Shown here in pieces: positions 27,483-37,639 of a DNA stretch of 64,000 bases. The notes below the pieces were generated by a model. That model ran no database searches and had not been told where the DNA came from. It saw only the letters and a program-made list of their open reading frames with translations. A program made the position numbers and the translations under genes. This DNA comes from a virus. Its lineage: Duplodnaviria; Caudoviricetes. Numbering within the stretch: the first letter of the stretch is position 1; every line of letters begins with the position of its first letter. The stretch spans positions 32,001 through 96,000 of IMG/VR virus record IMGVR_UViG_2767802067_000002; one strand, given 5' to 3'.

Positions 27483-27947
27483 TCAGTCGAGCGGCAGGGT
27501 CGCCGCGAGGCCCAGGTCGACCCGGTAGGCGGGGCGGCCGCCCCGGCTGGGCAGTGCGGTGCACACCGGGCGCCAGGTCGGCGCCGTCGACTCGTCCAGG
27601 TACTGCGTCCACTCGGTGACGTCGTGCAGGCCCACCTCGGCGTCCTCGACACCCGGGGTGGTCGCGAACGTCAGCTCCTCCCAGCCGCCCGTCCAGTAGC
27701 GGCCGGTCAGGGACAGCTCGCCGTCCGCGCCCTGGACCAGCTCGGCGTGCGCGGCGTCGAAGCCGGCGCCGGGCTCGCAGTTCGTCAGGATGTCGCGCAC
27801 CGCGGCGGCCAGGACGACGAGCATCACGCGGCCCAGCCGCTGGCGGTCGCCCTGCTCCTCGATGAGAACGGCGTCGACCGCAGCGCCGATCGCCTCGCCG
27901 TCGGGCAGGTTGTAGGCGGGGGGCTGGGTGGGGCTGTGGGCGGGCAT
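27483..27947 (-). CDS. Hypothetical protein
   Basis: AGGAGG RBS before MPAHSPT. Confidence 0.65.
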   Translation of the reverse strand: MPAHSPTQPPAYNLPDGEAIGAAVDAVLIEEQGDRQRLGRVMLVVLAAAVRDILTNCEPGAGFDAAHAELVQGADGELSLTGRYWTGGWEELTFATTPGVEDAEVGLHDVTEWTQYLDESTAPTWRPVCTALPSRGGRPAYRVDLGLAATLPLD

Positions 27948-28033
27948 TGGGCCTCCTGTGCGGGGTCGGGTGGGGTGAGGGAAGCCGGCCGGGCCGGGGC
28001 GCCGCTTGGGGGTGCCCTGGCCCGGCCTGGCGG

Positions 28034-28477
28034 TCAGAGATCGAACAGGGTGGGCGGCGCGGCGGGCGCCTGCCGGGGCTGGGCGCCCAGCTCGGGGATC
28101 ACCTCGCCGGTGACCTCCTCGTACCACCGCGAAAACTGGTTCCGGTGGCACCAGTTGCCGGGCTTGCTGAGCACGTCGAAGCAGAGCAGGACGAGCGGGG
28201 TGTCGCCCGCCCCGCTCCGGCGGGCGATGAACTCCAGCTCGGCGCGGATCGCGTCGATGCCGGTCGCGTTGAGCATCCGCCGGTACTGGAGCTCGTAGGC
28301 GTCGGCCGGGAGGCCGTTGCGGGCGGCGTCGACCAGGTCGCGGCTCGGGGTGATGCTCTGGGCGTGGCCGGCGACCGGCTCGGTGAAGAACCTGGCTCCT
28401 CCGACCGTGGTCCGGACCGCCAGGCCCATCGGGGGCCGGTACTCCTGGTAGGTGCAGGTCGCGAGGTTGAGGATCAT
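28034..28477 (-). CDS. DUF488-like protein, paralog 2
   Basis: Clearly similar to 26441..26896 (LNLATCTYQEYR...LVLLCFDVLSKPGN.CHR). Confidence 0.65.
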   Translation of the reverse strand: MILNLATCTYQEYRPPMGLAVRTTVGGARFFTEPVAGHAQSITPSRDLVDAARNGLPADAYELQYRRMLNATGIDAIRAELEFIARRSGAGDTPLVLLCFDVLSKPGNWCHRNQFSRWYEEVTGEVIPELGAQPRQAPAAPPTLFDL

Positions 28478-28640
28478 GCTGGGCGGTTCCTTTCGGTGCT
28501 GCTGGTGGTGGGGGGTCATCTTGGGGCCTTTCGCGGTTCGGGGTGGCGGTGTAGTGGGTAGCCACTATGGCCAACGCCTGAGCCGCCCTGTGGTTCCGGG
28601 AGGACCCCGGGGGTTCGCTGCAAAACCGCAGGTCACCGGC

Positions 28641-29471
28641 TTACGCGGCGATGCCGAACAAGCCGAGCTGGAGCGGCTGGCGCTGGAGCCAGTCGTAGGT
28701 GCGGAGCGGGCCGCCCGCGTACCCGGGGATGAACACCAGGCAGGTCCGGACGTTCGTCCCGCAGACCGCGAAGCTGTCCTCGGGCAGAGCCTCGATCTCG
28801 CCGCCGACCTCCTCGACCATCGCGCGGAACTCGACCGAGGCGCGGTCGCTCCACCACATCAGGCCCTGGGACATCACGGAGACCAGGATCCCGTCGTCCT
28901 TCATGAACCCGATCGCGTGCTTGATGTGGTCCAGGCCCCTGGCGAAGGGCGGGTTCATCACGATCCGGTCGAAGCCCTCCGGGTAGTCCAGTGGGTCCAG
29001 GGAGAGGAAGTCGTCGCGGATCACCGCCCGGCAGTCGCCCTGCCGGCGGAGGACGTCGGCGCGCACGGGGTCGATCTCGACGGCGTCGACCAGGGCGCCG
29101 CGCCTGGCGAGCTCGGCGGTCAGGGCGCCCGACCCGGCCGAGGGCTCCAGGACGGTCGTCCCGGCGTAGACGCCGGCGAGGTCGCAGATCTGCATGGTCA
29201 GGCTCGGCGGGGTCGGGAACCAGCCCTGCTCGGTGCGGGTGGGGAACTCGCCGGCCGTGAGGCACTGCCGCATGTGCTCCTCGACCCGGTACGGGAAGAC
29301 GTGGGCTCGGACCGCCGTGCGGCTGTCCCAGCGGCCGCCCATCTCCTTGAGGACGCGGTCCACCTGCTCGTACACGGGGCGGTCGAGCTCGAAGGGGATG
29401 CGCACCCGGTCGTCGCGGATCTCGGTGCGCGGGTCGGTGAGGACGGCCAGGGCGTCGCTGGGGAATCGCAT
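28641..29471 (-). CDS. SAM-dependent amino (N6-adenine-like) DNA methyltransferase
   Basis: WFPTP, motif I VLEPSAGSG, motif IV VMNPPF. Confidence 0.85.
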   Translation of the reverse strand: MRFPSDALAVLTDPRTEIRDDRVRIPFELDRPVYEQVDRVLKEMGGRWDSRTAVRAHVFPYRVEEHMRQCLTAGEFPTRTEQGWFPTPPSLTMQICDLAGVYAGTTVLEPSAGSGALTAELARRGALVDAVEIDPVRADVLRRQGDCRAVIRDDFLSLDPLDYPEGFDRIVMNPPFARGLDHIKHAIGFMKDDGILVSVMSQGLMWWSDRASVEFRAMVEEVGGEIEALPEDSFAVCGTNVRTCLVFIPGYAGGPLRTYDWLQRQPLQLGLFGIAA

Positions 29472-29571
29472 GGGGCTCCGATCTCTCTCGGCTGGGGGTG
29501 GGGTGGGGCGCACCGCGGTTCGGTCGGGGTGCGCCCCTGGGTGGCCTTAGTGGCTACCCACTATGTGAGGG

Positions 29572-30189
29572 TCAAGCGGAAATCCGGGTGTAGACGAGCT
29601 GCCAGAACTTGTCGACCGGAATGCCGTACTGGGCGGCCCGGGCGTACCCGAGGGTGATGGTGCCGGGGGCGACCTTGAGCTGCTGGAAGTCGGCCGGGAA
29701 CTGGGCGTCGACCAGTTCGGCGAGATCGGCGCCGGCGATGGTGCCGACCTGCTCGGGCTCGACGTGGCGCTCCTTGCGGAACGCCACGGTCTCGATCTTG
29801 TAGGTGGCGTCCGTGTCGACGTCCAGAATCGGGGTGCTGACCTTGGTGTAGATGCGCCGGCGGGTCATCTGGCCGTTCTTCTTGCTGGGCAGCGTCCAGC
29901 GCACGGTGATGGTGGAGGAGCCCTCCTCCTGCTCGATCACGTTGTAGGGGGCCACGAGGCAGGCGTAGAGCTCGGCGCGGAGGTCGGCGCCGGACACGTA
30001 CTGCTCTCCGCTGGAGTCGCTCTTGCCGTCGAACCACACCTCGCCCTGGGAGAGGTAGACCGCGGCGGTGTCGATCGCGTAGCTCTCCAGGACGGCTTCG
30101 ACCATCTCGCGGATGCCGGGGCGGCCGACGGCCGAGCGGGGGATGGTGTGGCGGATGATGGCGGCCGCGGCGGGAGTGGTGGTGCGCAT
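29572..30189 (-). CDS. Hypothetical protein
   Basis: AAGGAG RBS behind a class 1 promoter. Confidence 0.7.
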   Translation of the reverse strand: MRTTTPAAAAIIRHTIPRSAVGRPGIREMVEAVLESYAIDTAAVYLSQGEVWFDGKSDSSGEQYVSGADLRAELYACLVAPYNVIEQEEGSSTITVRWTLPSKKNGQMTRRRIYTKVSTPILDVDTDATYKIETVAFRKERHVEPEQVGTIAGADLAELVDAQFPADFQQLKVAPGTITLGYARAAQYGIPVDKFWQLVYTRISA

Positions 30190-30372
30190 TGGGGCTCCTT
30201 GGTGAGGCGGGATGGCTTAGTGGGTAGCCAATATGACTAACGCTTGAGGGGGCTTGTGGTGCCGGGTGGATCGCGGTGAATTCGCAGGGGAGGGCGGGTG
30301 GTGGGGCGCGCCCCGGTTCGGTCGGGACGCACCCCGTGGGGCCACTCATAGTGGCTACCCACTATCAACAGG

Positions 30373-33300
30373 TCAGGCGGCGGCCAGCTCCGGGTTGATC
30401 CGGATGATGGAGCCCTCGCGCACCGAGGCGATGGCCTCGGCCTTCCGCATGTTGGCCTGCGCCTTGGAGATGACGTCGGCCAGGTGCTTGAGGCGCAGCG
30501 AGTAGCCGCCGACTCCGCCGGGGGTGCCGGCGAGCAGCAGGGCCAGCTCCTCCGGGTCGGCCGCGGCCAGGTCGGCGAGCACCTGGCCCGCGCCGCTCAT
30601 GCTGTCGACCCGGCCGACGAGCTTCTTGCGCTCGCCCTGGATGCGCTCGCGCTCGGACTCGGGGAGGTGCGCCGCACCTCCGGGCAGCAGCTCGCCCTGC
30701 TGGTCCTTCGTCTGCCGCGGGGCCTCGTCGGCGAGGACGAAGAAGCTGCCCTGGTCGGCCTGCCGCTTCTCCTCGGAGTGGGCGGCCTGGGCGAACGCCT
30801 CGGCGTCGCGGACGGTCTTGAACTCGCCGCGCGCCCACTTCCCGAGGAACCGCTGCTGGTTGTCGGGGCTGAGCTGCGCGACGTACCAGGAGAGGCCGAC
30901 CGGCAGGTGGCCCTTGGCGAGGGCGTCCTGCGCGGCGTCGCTGAGCTTGAGGAGGTCGATCCGCCAGCCCACGTACTGGACGGACTTGCCGACCATCTTC
31001 GCGACCTGGGCGGGCTCGTAGCCGTGCTCGTCCACGAGGCGCTTGAAGGACTTCGCCTCCTCCATCGGGGTCATGTCCGCGCGGGCCGCGTTCTCGGCGA
31101 CCTGCTCGGCCAAGGTCTTGCCCGCCTCGGCCTCCCCGCCGCTTCGGACGACGGTCTTCATGTGGGTGAGGCCGGCGAGCTGCGCGGAGTGCCACCGTCG
31201 CTCGCCCACCACGATCACGTAGCGCTTGACGCCGATCTTGCGGACGGTGATCGCCTGGAGCTGGCCGAGCTCCTTCATCGACTCGGCGAGCTCCTGGATC
31301 TTGACCGGGTCGAACTCCTCGCGGGGCTGGTCCGGGTCGGGCTCGATCTGCTCGATCGGGATCAGCTTGTGCGTCTCGCGCACCTCACTGGCGGCCGCTT
31401 CGACCTTCTCGGCGGCCACCTCGCGGCGCTTCTGGACCCGGGTGGGCTCGATCGGCTCGGCGGCCTTCTTCGCGGCGCGCGGCTTGGCGGGGGCCGCCTT
31501 CTTCGCGGCCGCCGGCTTGGCGGGCGCGGCGGCCTTCTTCGCGGCGCGGGGCTTGGCGGCCTTGGTGGCAGGGGTGGCGGTCATGGCGCTGGCCTTCTGG
31601 GTGGGGTGGTGGGTGGCTACACCATCATCATTTCCGGAAGTCGACTTGTCCAAACCAATTTGAGCAAAGTAGTTGCCGCAAATCCGCAGGTCAGAGGCCG
31701 CGCCAGCCCCCTGCTCGACCTCGTCGGCGGGCTCCTCGATCGGCTCGACCAGGGTCGGTTCACCGGCGGGCACGCGGAAGAGCTGGCCGTTCGGCCGGAC
31801 CGCCCAGTCCTCGCCGTCCGCGAGGCCGAGCTGCGCCATGTTCACCGGCTTCCCGCAGGCGTCGCAGCCGAAGTCGCCGCGCTCGCGGGCGCGCACCGGG
31901 GCGCTCTCGTCGCAGTGCGCACAGACCATCGGGACCAGGTCGTCGCGGTCCTCGCCGGGTCGTGCGGCCGGGGCCGGCTGGGCGGCGCCCACCGCGACCG
32001 CGTAGGCGTTCGCGTAGGGGGCCAGCTTGTTGCGGGAGTCGTTGCCCCGATAGAGGGAGCGGATCGGGTCCTGCCGGAAGCCCTTCACCCAGACTTCCAG
32101 CGGCTCGGGCGCGTAGTGGCCGTCGGTGCCGCCGAGCTCGTAGGAGACGTGGCCGCTGTACGCGGCGCGCTCGAACTCCTCGGCGCCCATGGCCAGCGGC
32201 TTGTTCTCGCCGAGCAGGGCCTGGAACCAATCCGCGTAGGGGGTGGTGGCGTTGGGCATGGCGCTGGCCTTCCGGGTGGAGTGGTGATTGGTTACACCTC
32301 CATCCTTTCCGGAAGTCGACTTGTCCAAACCAATTTGAGTAAAGAAGTTACCGCAAATCCGCAGGTCAGAGGCCATCTCCGGCTCCGGCTCGGCCTTCGC
32401 GGCGGGCTCCTCCGTGACGGGCTCCGGCTCGACCGGCGGGACGTCGGGCGCAGCCGGCTGCCCGGCCGGGACCGGCTCCGGCGCCTGCTGCTCGGCCGCC
32501 GCCGGGACCGGCTCGATGGCGCACACGATGCCCTGGCCCGGCGAGCCCTTCCAGCTTCCCCGGTGCCGGTAGCCGTGCTCGGCCAGCACCGCGGTCACCT
32601 GGGCCAGCAGGGCGCTCGACCACACCGACTCGGTGTACTTCCGTCCCTCCGCCGCCCGGATCGTCACCGGCTCGTGCGCGCCGTGCGGCTTGCCCACCCC
32701 GTTCAGCCAGGACAGCGCCGCCTCCGTGGCGTCCCACCGGCACTCGACCTTCACCCGCTTTGGCACCTTCGGGTCGGCCCGCTTCTTCGGCGCCTTCGGC
32801 TTCGCCGCTGCGGCCTCGCGCAGGGCGCTCGCCGGGTGCGCCGCCGACGCCTCCCGGGCCGTCTTGAGGCCGGGGACCTTCCCGTCCGCCATGTAGGCGT
32901 CCATCGTCGCCTCCGGGCACCGGCCCTTGACCTTCGTGTAGTCCGCCGTGTGCGTGCCGACCAGGCCGTCCTGCGTGGCGTCCGCCACGGTCAGCACGTT
33001 GCCGGACAGTCGCAGGTTCCACGCGATCGACAGCGACTTTGCGTTCACCCGGGCCACCTGGTGCCAGGTGCCGATGTAGCAGACGTAGTCGCCCGGCACG
33101 AAGTCCTCCGGGCGCCAGATCTTGGCGCCGGCGGCCTCGGCGTCGGCGACGACCCGCCGCCAGTAGCCGAGCTCGTCGGCCAGGTCCAGCAGGTCCAGGT
33201 CGTTCGCCGCGAGGACGTCGACCAGCACCTCGGGCCCGATCTTCCCCGCGATGGCGCTCTTCACTGCCTTGCTCTGCTGGCGGTGCAGCCCGCGCTCCTC

Positions 33301-33924
33301 GGCCTCCAGCTTGGCGATCCGGCGCAGGGTGACGCCCGGGTCCTTGCGGTGCTGCTCGTAGTGCTCGGCGGACACCGCGCGGTCCGCCCAGTGCCGGAAG
33401 CGGTCGGCCGCCTCGATCGACTTCCGCATGTGCGAGTCGATCCGCTCGGCGTCCTTCTCGGCGCGGCGCTGGCTGTGGTGGCCGACGAGGATCGGCTGCC
33501 CGAAGGGGATGTGGCGCACGATGTCCCCGGCCGCCTTGTGGCGGGCGTCGGACTCGGCGGCGGCCCGGCCCGCGTAGCCCTCGAAGCGCTCGGCGCGGTC
33601 CTCGGCCCGCTCGGTGCGGTCGTCCTCGGCCTCGGCGAAGGACCGGCGCACGTACTCGTCGACCTCCACCGTCACCGGGTAGCCGGCGGCCTCCAGGGCC
33701 CGCTGGATCTCGTTGATCTTCCAGCTGGCCCGCTTGTCGCGCGAGTTCCGCAGGTACAGGCCGACCGTCCTGGACGAGCGGACGCCGAGCGGGTGGACGA
33801 TCTCCCAGACGCCGTCGCCCGGGCTGGAGCCGTCCAGCAGGGTGCCCGCCTCGCGGGTGTGCGTGATCGTGATGTGCGGCTTCGGCCGGGCGCTGTCGGC
33901 CGGGGTCTTCTCGGTGCTCTCCAT
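30373..33924 (-). CDS. DUF3560-unknown-ParB fusion ORF (1183 aa) with internal in-frame starts at 32259 and 31584
   Basis: IPFGQPILVGHHS (DUF3560); PDPDQPR...GQLQAI...GERRW...ENAAR plus HTH (ParB CTPase); no stop across the two internal promoter cassettes. Confidence 0.8.
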   Translation of the reverse strand: MESTEKTPADSARPKPHITITHTREAGTLLDGSSPGDGVWEIVHPLGVRSSRTVGLYLRNSRDKRASWKINEIQRALEAAGYPVTVEVDEYVRRSFAEAEDDRTERAEDRAERFEGYAGRAAAESDARHKAAGDIVRHIPFGQPILVGHHSQRRAEKDAERIDSHMRKSIEAADRFRHWADRAVSAEHYEQHRKDPGVTLRRIAKLEAEERGLHRQQSKAVKSAIAGKIGPEVLVDVLAANDLDLLDLADELGYWRRVVADAEAAGAKIWRPEDFVPGDYVCYIGTWHQVARVNAKSLSIAWNLRLSGNVLTVADATQDGLVGTHTADYTKVKGRCPEATMDAYMADGKVPGLKTAREASAAHPASALREAAAAKPKAPKKRADPKVPKRVKVECRWDATEAALSWLNGVGKPHGAHEPVTIRAAEGRKYTESVWSSALLAQVTAVLAEHGYRHRGSWKGSPGQGIVCAIEPVPAAAEQQAPEPVPAGQPAAPDVPPVEPEPVTEEPAAKAEPEPEMASDLRICGNFFTQIGLDKSTSGKDGGVTNHHSTRKASAMPNATTPYADWFQALLGENKPLAMGAEEFERAAYSGHVSYELGGTDGHYAPEPLEVWVKGFRQDPIRSLYRGNDSRNKLAPYANAYAVAVGAAQPAPAARPGEDRDDLVPMVCAHCDESAPVRARERGDFGCDACGKPVNMAQLGLADGEDWAVRPNGQLFRVPAGEPTLVEPIEEPADEVEQGAGAASDLRICGNYFAQIGLDKSTSGNDDGVATHHPTQKASAMTATPATKAAKPRAAKKAAAPAKPAAAKKAAPAKPRAAKKAAEPIEPTRVQKRREVAAEKVEAAASEVRETHKLIPIEQIEPDPDQPREEFDPVKIQELAESMKELGQLQAITVRKIGVKRYVIVVGERRWHSAQLAGLTHMKTVVRSGGEAEAGKTLAEQVAENAARADMTPMEEAKSFKRLVDEHGYEPAQVAKMVGKSVQYVGWRIDLLKLSDAAQDALAKGHLPVGLSWYVAQLSPDNQQRFLGKWARGEFKTVRDAEAFAQAAHSEEKRQADQGSFFVLADEAPRQTKDQQGELLPGGAAHLPESERERIQGERKKLVGRVDSMSGAGQVLADLAAADPEELALLLAGTPGGVGGYSLRLKHLADVISKAQANMRKAEAIASVREGSIIRINPELAAA

Positions 33925-33989
33925 CGTCTTCCTCTCGCTCGTGGCATGGGGCGGCCCGGCCCCCGGGCTGGGGCCGGGCCGGTGGCCGG

Positions 33990-34373
33990 TCAGAACAGCG
34001 GGTCCTGCCCGTCGGACGGGGCCGGGCCGGAGGGGGCCGCGTCGAGCCGGGCCCGGTCGAGCTGGGCGCGCATCTCGCGGATCGCCGCGGCGACCCGCTC
34101 GCCGAAGGCCGCCAGGTCCTCGCCCTCCTCCGGGCGCATGTCCCGGCTGGTGCTGAGGTTGCCCTTGGCGACGGTCACCCCGATCAGGTCCTCGTCGAGG
34201 GCGTCGTCGTAGATGCCCGCGAAGATGACCTCCAGGACGCCGTCCTCGATGACCTCGCGGTGTCCGAGCTCTCGGCCCGTCCAGCTGGGGCCGAGGAGGC
34301 GGGCGACGTAGGGGGCCAGGTCGCACAGGTAGAAGGTGGTCGCGGCCGGGTCGGGCGTGGCGGTGGCGGTCAT
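33990..34373 (-). CDS. Hypothetical protein
   Basis: AAAGG RBS; ends QDPLF. Confidence 0.65.
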   Translation of the reverse strand: MTATATPDPAATTFYLCDLAPYVARLLGPSWTGRELGHREVIEDGVLEVIFAGIYDDALDEDLIGVTVAKGNLSTSRDMRPEEGEDLAAFGERVAAAIREMRAQLDRARLDAAPSGPAPSDGQDPLF

Positions 34374-34437
34374 GGCGGGGCCTTTCTGGGCTAGTGGGCA
34401 GGGGCCCGGCCCCCGAGGTGGGGGCCGGGCGGGCCGA

Positions 34438-34875
34438 TCAGAGCTCGATCGGGGCGTCGATCCAGGTCGCGCTGGTCGTGGGGGTCAGGCCGAGCGCGTC
34501 GGTCGCGACCCGGAGGCGGGCGTCCCACGCGGGGTCGACGGCCGGCTCGTCGTCGTCCATCTCGATCTGGCTGGCGACCAGGAAGTAGCCGGTGCCCAGG
34601 CCCGGGATCTCCATGAACCCGACCTGGACGCCGACCCGGGCGTCCGCCTCGCGCACGCGGGCCCAGTAGCCGGCCCAGTCGCCCGTCACCTCGGGCATGG
34701 CCTCGGTGAAGCTGGCGAGGCGGGCGCGGAGGGCAGCCTGCATGGCGTCCACCAGGTCCTCCTCCTCGTACCAGTCGGTGGCCAGGTCGCCGCTCTCGGT
34801 GGTCTCGGCGGCCTTCCAAGCTCCGGGGCCGCCGAGGTAGATCGCGTAGCTCTTGGTCTCGGTCGCGTAGCGCAT
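34438..34875 (-). CDS. Hypothetical acidic protein
   Basis: AAGGAG RBS behind a class 2 promoter. Confidence 0.7.
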   Translation of the reverse strand: MRYATETKSYAIYLGGPGAWKAAETTESGDLATDWYEEEDLVDAMQAALRARLASFTEAMPEVTGDWAGYWARVREADARVGVQVGFMEIPGLGTGYFLVASQIEMDDDEPAVDPAWDARLRVATDALGLTPTTSATWIDAPIEL

Positions 34876-34985
34876 GGGGGCTCCTTGGCTCTTGGGGTGG
34901 TGGCTTGTTGTCCTACTTTCATCATTTCCGGAAATCCATTTGGCCAAACCAGTTTTACAAAATGGATTTCCGGAGTTTTCGCAGG

Positions 34986-35615
34986 TCAGGCCGCCTGTCC
35001 GGGCTCCTCCGGTGCGGTCAGCCAGTCTGCGATGTACTCGACGCAGGCGGGCACCCCGGTCTCGATCGGGGTGGACAGGGCCAGGCGCTCCGCGTGGTCG
35101 CGGCCGACGGCCAGGACGAACCACTCGCTCCCGCCCAGCTCCGCGAGCGGCATGTCCACGCAGGTGTCCGGCAGGTCCCAGCCCTCGGCCGCCGAGGTGT
35201 CCACGTAGATCACCGCGTAGCTCCCACCCGGCCCGTCGACCTCCAGCCAGCTGTTGCCGACGTCCTCGCCGTGCTGGGCCGTGATCCCGTACTCGGCGAG
35301 GGCCAGGCGCATCACGTCCGCCGGGGTCCGCAGCATCGCCCGGTCGGCCGCGAACTCGGCGCGGGCCTGGCCGGCCGCGGCGTCCGCGCTCACGGCCGCG
35401 TACTCCAAGACCTGGAGGTTGCCCTGCTCGGTCACCGCCTGGTCGAGCAGTTCCTGCTTGCGCTCGGCGCGGGTGGCCGGGTCGGCCGGGGCGGCCTCGA
35501 CGTGGAGCACGTCGCGCTCCGGCTCCCGGAGCCCGAGCCAGAAGTCCGGGTGGGTCGGCTCCTCGTCGTTCACCACGAGGAGGAACGTGCAGGGGGCCTT
35601 GGTCATCTCGCGCAT
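34986..35615 (-). CDS. Hypothetical protein
   Basis: GAGG RBS behind a class 1 operator. Confidence 0.7.
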   Translation of the reverse strand: MREMTKAPCTFLLVVNDEEPTHPDFWLGLREPERDVLHVEAAPADPATRAERKQELLDQAVTEQGNLQVLEYAAVSADAAAGQARAEFAADRAMLRTPADVMRLALAEYGITAQHGEDVGNSWLEVDGPGGSYAVIYVDTSAAEGWDLPDTCVDMPLAELGGSEWFVLAVGRDHAERLALSTPIETGVPACVEYIADWLTAPEEPGQAA

Positions 35616-35722
35616 GGGGTGCGCCTCTCTCTGGGCTTAGTGGGTAGGCACTACGTCCGCCGCGTGGCTGGACGCAGGGAATCGCGGCCCGGGCCGGTCG
35701 CCCGGGCCGCCGGTGCTGCGCC

Positions 35723-36187
35723 CTACTCGGCGGGGCGCTCGCAGTCGTCGTGCCGGTCGCACCGGCAGGACCCGCAGCCGACGCACATCTCGATCGCCTG
35801 GGTGTCGCAGGCGGGGCACCCGCCGGTGGCCTCGGTCTCGGCCTCGTCCTCGGCGAGCAGGCGGTCGATCTCCGCCTCGCGCGCGGCGGCCCTCTCGCGG
35901 ACCACCTCGTCCTGGGCCTCCAGCGCGGCCTTCGTCCAGGTCTCGATCAGCATCTTCCCGGCCGCGGCGGCGGCGTCGCCGGGGGTGAGGCCGTCGGCCA
36001 GGCCGCGGGTGTACACCGCCGCGATGGCGGCCACCGAGTGGTCGTTGGTGAAGTGCTCGGTCAGCATCTCCCGCGACAGGTTCGGGTTCAGCTCGTTCAG
36101 CCACTTCGCGGTCCAGCCGGCGATGCGGCCCACGGCGTCGCCGAGCTGGGCGGGGTCGGTGGGGAAGGCGATGGTGCTCGCGGTCAT
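35723..36187 (-). CDS. Hypothetical protein with Cys-rich C-terminus
   Basis: CPAC...CVGCGSCRC...HDDC. Confidence 0.65.
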   Translation of the reverse strand: MTASTIAFPTDPAQLGDAVGRIAGWTAKWLNELNPNLSREMLTEHFTNDHSVAAIAAVYTRGLADGLTPGDAAAAAGKMLIETWTKAALEAQDEVVRERAAAREAEIDRLLAEDEAETEATGGCPACDTQAIEMCVGCGSCRCDRHDDCERPAE

Positions 36188-36253
36188 GGTGCGCGTCCTC
36201 TCTGGGTGGGGCCGGCCGGGCGGGCGCCCGGCCGGTCGGGGTGCGGGCTCGGG

Positions 36254-36523
36254 TCAGAGCACGCGGGTGGCGGCCATCGCGGCCTCGACGATCTGGATGG
36301 TCTGGCCCCAGGCGGCCGGGACGTCCAGGAACTCGGTGTTGCCCCAGGCCGCGCAGTAGGTGATCCGGGCCCGGCCGGGCTGGTCGCCGGCGGGCAGCTC
36401 GATCGTCCAGTCGTAGCCCTCGTGGCTGACCACGGTGCGCGGCCCGAGGTTCGTCCGGATCCAGTAGGTGGAGCTCGCGGCGGCGGCGAACACGGCGGTG
36501 GCGGTCTCGGCGGTGACGGTCAT
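36254..36523 (-). CDS. Hypothetical protein (paralog of 36620..36994)
   Basis: Shared TA.AV.AAAA...GY.WT..L.AG...ARIT...DV.A pattern. Confidence 0.7.
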   Translation of the reverse strand: MTVTAETATAVFAAAASSTYWIRTNLGPRTVVSHEGYDWTIELPAGDQPGRARITYCAAWGNTEFLDVPAAWGQTIQIVEAAMAATRVL

Positions 36524-36619
36524 GGCGCTGGCCTCTCGGACTTGGGGCTTAGTGGGTAGGCACTATGTTCAACGCGGAACCCGCCCTGGAGTACCGGGGT
36601 GACGCGAAGAAATCGCAGG

Positions 36620-36994
36620 TCAGGCCATGTTTTCGGCGACCAGCCCGGCGCGCCGCTGGCCGGGCAGCAGGCCGCGCGCGGAGGCGGGCCGCTCGCCGGC
36701 GGCCAGGCTCGCGACGATCGCTGCCGCCTGCTCCCCGGTGGCCCGGACGTCGACGGGCTCGCAGCCGCCGAGTCCCTGCCGGTGGGTGATGCGGGCCTGG
36801 GCCGGGATCGCGCGGCCCTTGCGGTCGGTGCCCGCCGGGACCAGGGCGACCGTCCAGCCGTAGCCGTCGCGGCCGACGATGGCTTCCAGGCCGCCGTCGA
36901 CCGGGCGCCAGGTGCCGCGCGCGGCGGCCGCGGCGAGGACTGCGGCGGCGGTGGCGATGTCGACCCGGGTGCGGCGGGGGGTGGGGATGCGCAT
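36620..36994 (-). CDS. Hypothetical protein
   Basis: GAGG RBS; paralog of 36254..36523. Confidence 0.65.
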   Translation of the reverse strand: MRIPTPRRTRVDIATAAAVLAAAAARGTWRPVDGGLEAIVGRDGYGWTVALVPAGTDRKGRAIPAQARITHRQGLGGCEPVDVRATGEQAAAIVASLAAGERPASARGLLPGQRRAGLVAENMA

Positions 36995-37086
36995 GGTGCT
37001 GTCCTCTCGGCTGGAACGGGGCCGGCCGGGCATGATGCCCGGCCGGAGCCTTTCGTGGCTACCCACTACGCGGTGGGCGCGCAGAA

Positions 37087-37455
37087 TCAGTCGGCGTCGA
37101 TCTCGAAGTTCTCCGTGGCGACCAGGAAGCGGCGCTGCCCTTCCAGCTCGGCCAGGGACGCCGCGGTGACCACCAGGCTGGTGCTGGAGGAGAACCCGCA
37201 GCCGATCACGGCCTCCGTGGCCTCCTGGCGCGTCTTTGCCAGGGCCTCGCGGATGCCCATGCGCTCGGCCCGCTTGCTGAGCTTGATCCACGGCTTGGCC
37301 TTCGCCTCGGCGGCCAGCACCTCGTCCATCAGGCCGGGCAGGAAGGCGCCGGGCGCGGCCAGCGCGGTGGTCAGGCGGGCGCGGGCGTCGGCCGCGGCGG
37401 TGAAGGCGCGAGCGCCGAGGGTGGCGATGCGGTCGGTGGCGGTGGTGACGTTCAC
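37087..37455 (-). CDS. Hypothetical protein
   Basis: AAGGAG RBS and GTG start behind a class 2 promoter. Confidence 0.65.
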   Translation of the reverse strand: MNVTTATDRIATLGARAFTAAADARARLTTALAAPGAFLPGLMDEVLAAEAKAKPWIKLSKRAERMGIREALAKTRQEATEAVIGCGFSSSTSLVVTAASLAELEGQRRFLVATENFEIDAD

Positions 37456-37639
37456 GGCTGACTCCTTGGTCGGTGCTTGGTGGCTTGTTGTTCTACTTTC
37501 ATCATCCCCGGTGACCCATTTGACCAAACCAGTTTTACCAAATGAGTTTCACGTATTTTCGCAGGTCAGCGACGCTGCGCCCGGTCGCGCCGCCCCGCGT
37601 CGGCCCCTGCGCATAGTGGGTGCCCACTATGCTGGCCGC

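Noticed and set aside
22489-29471. Restriction-modification system
   Set aside because: Both MTases lack an adjacent endonuclease; they look like orphan protective enzymes.
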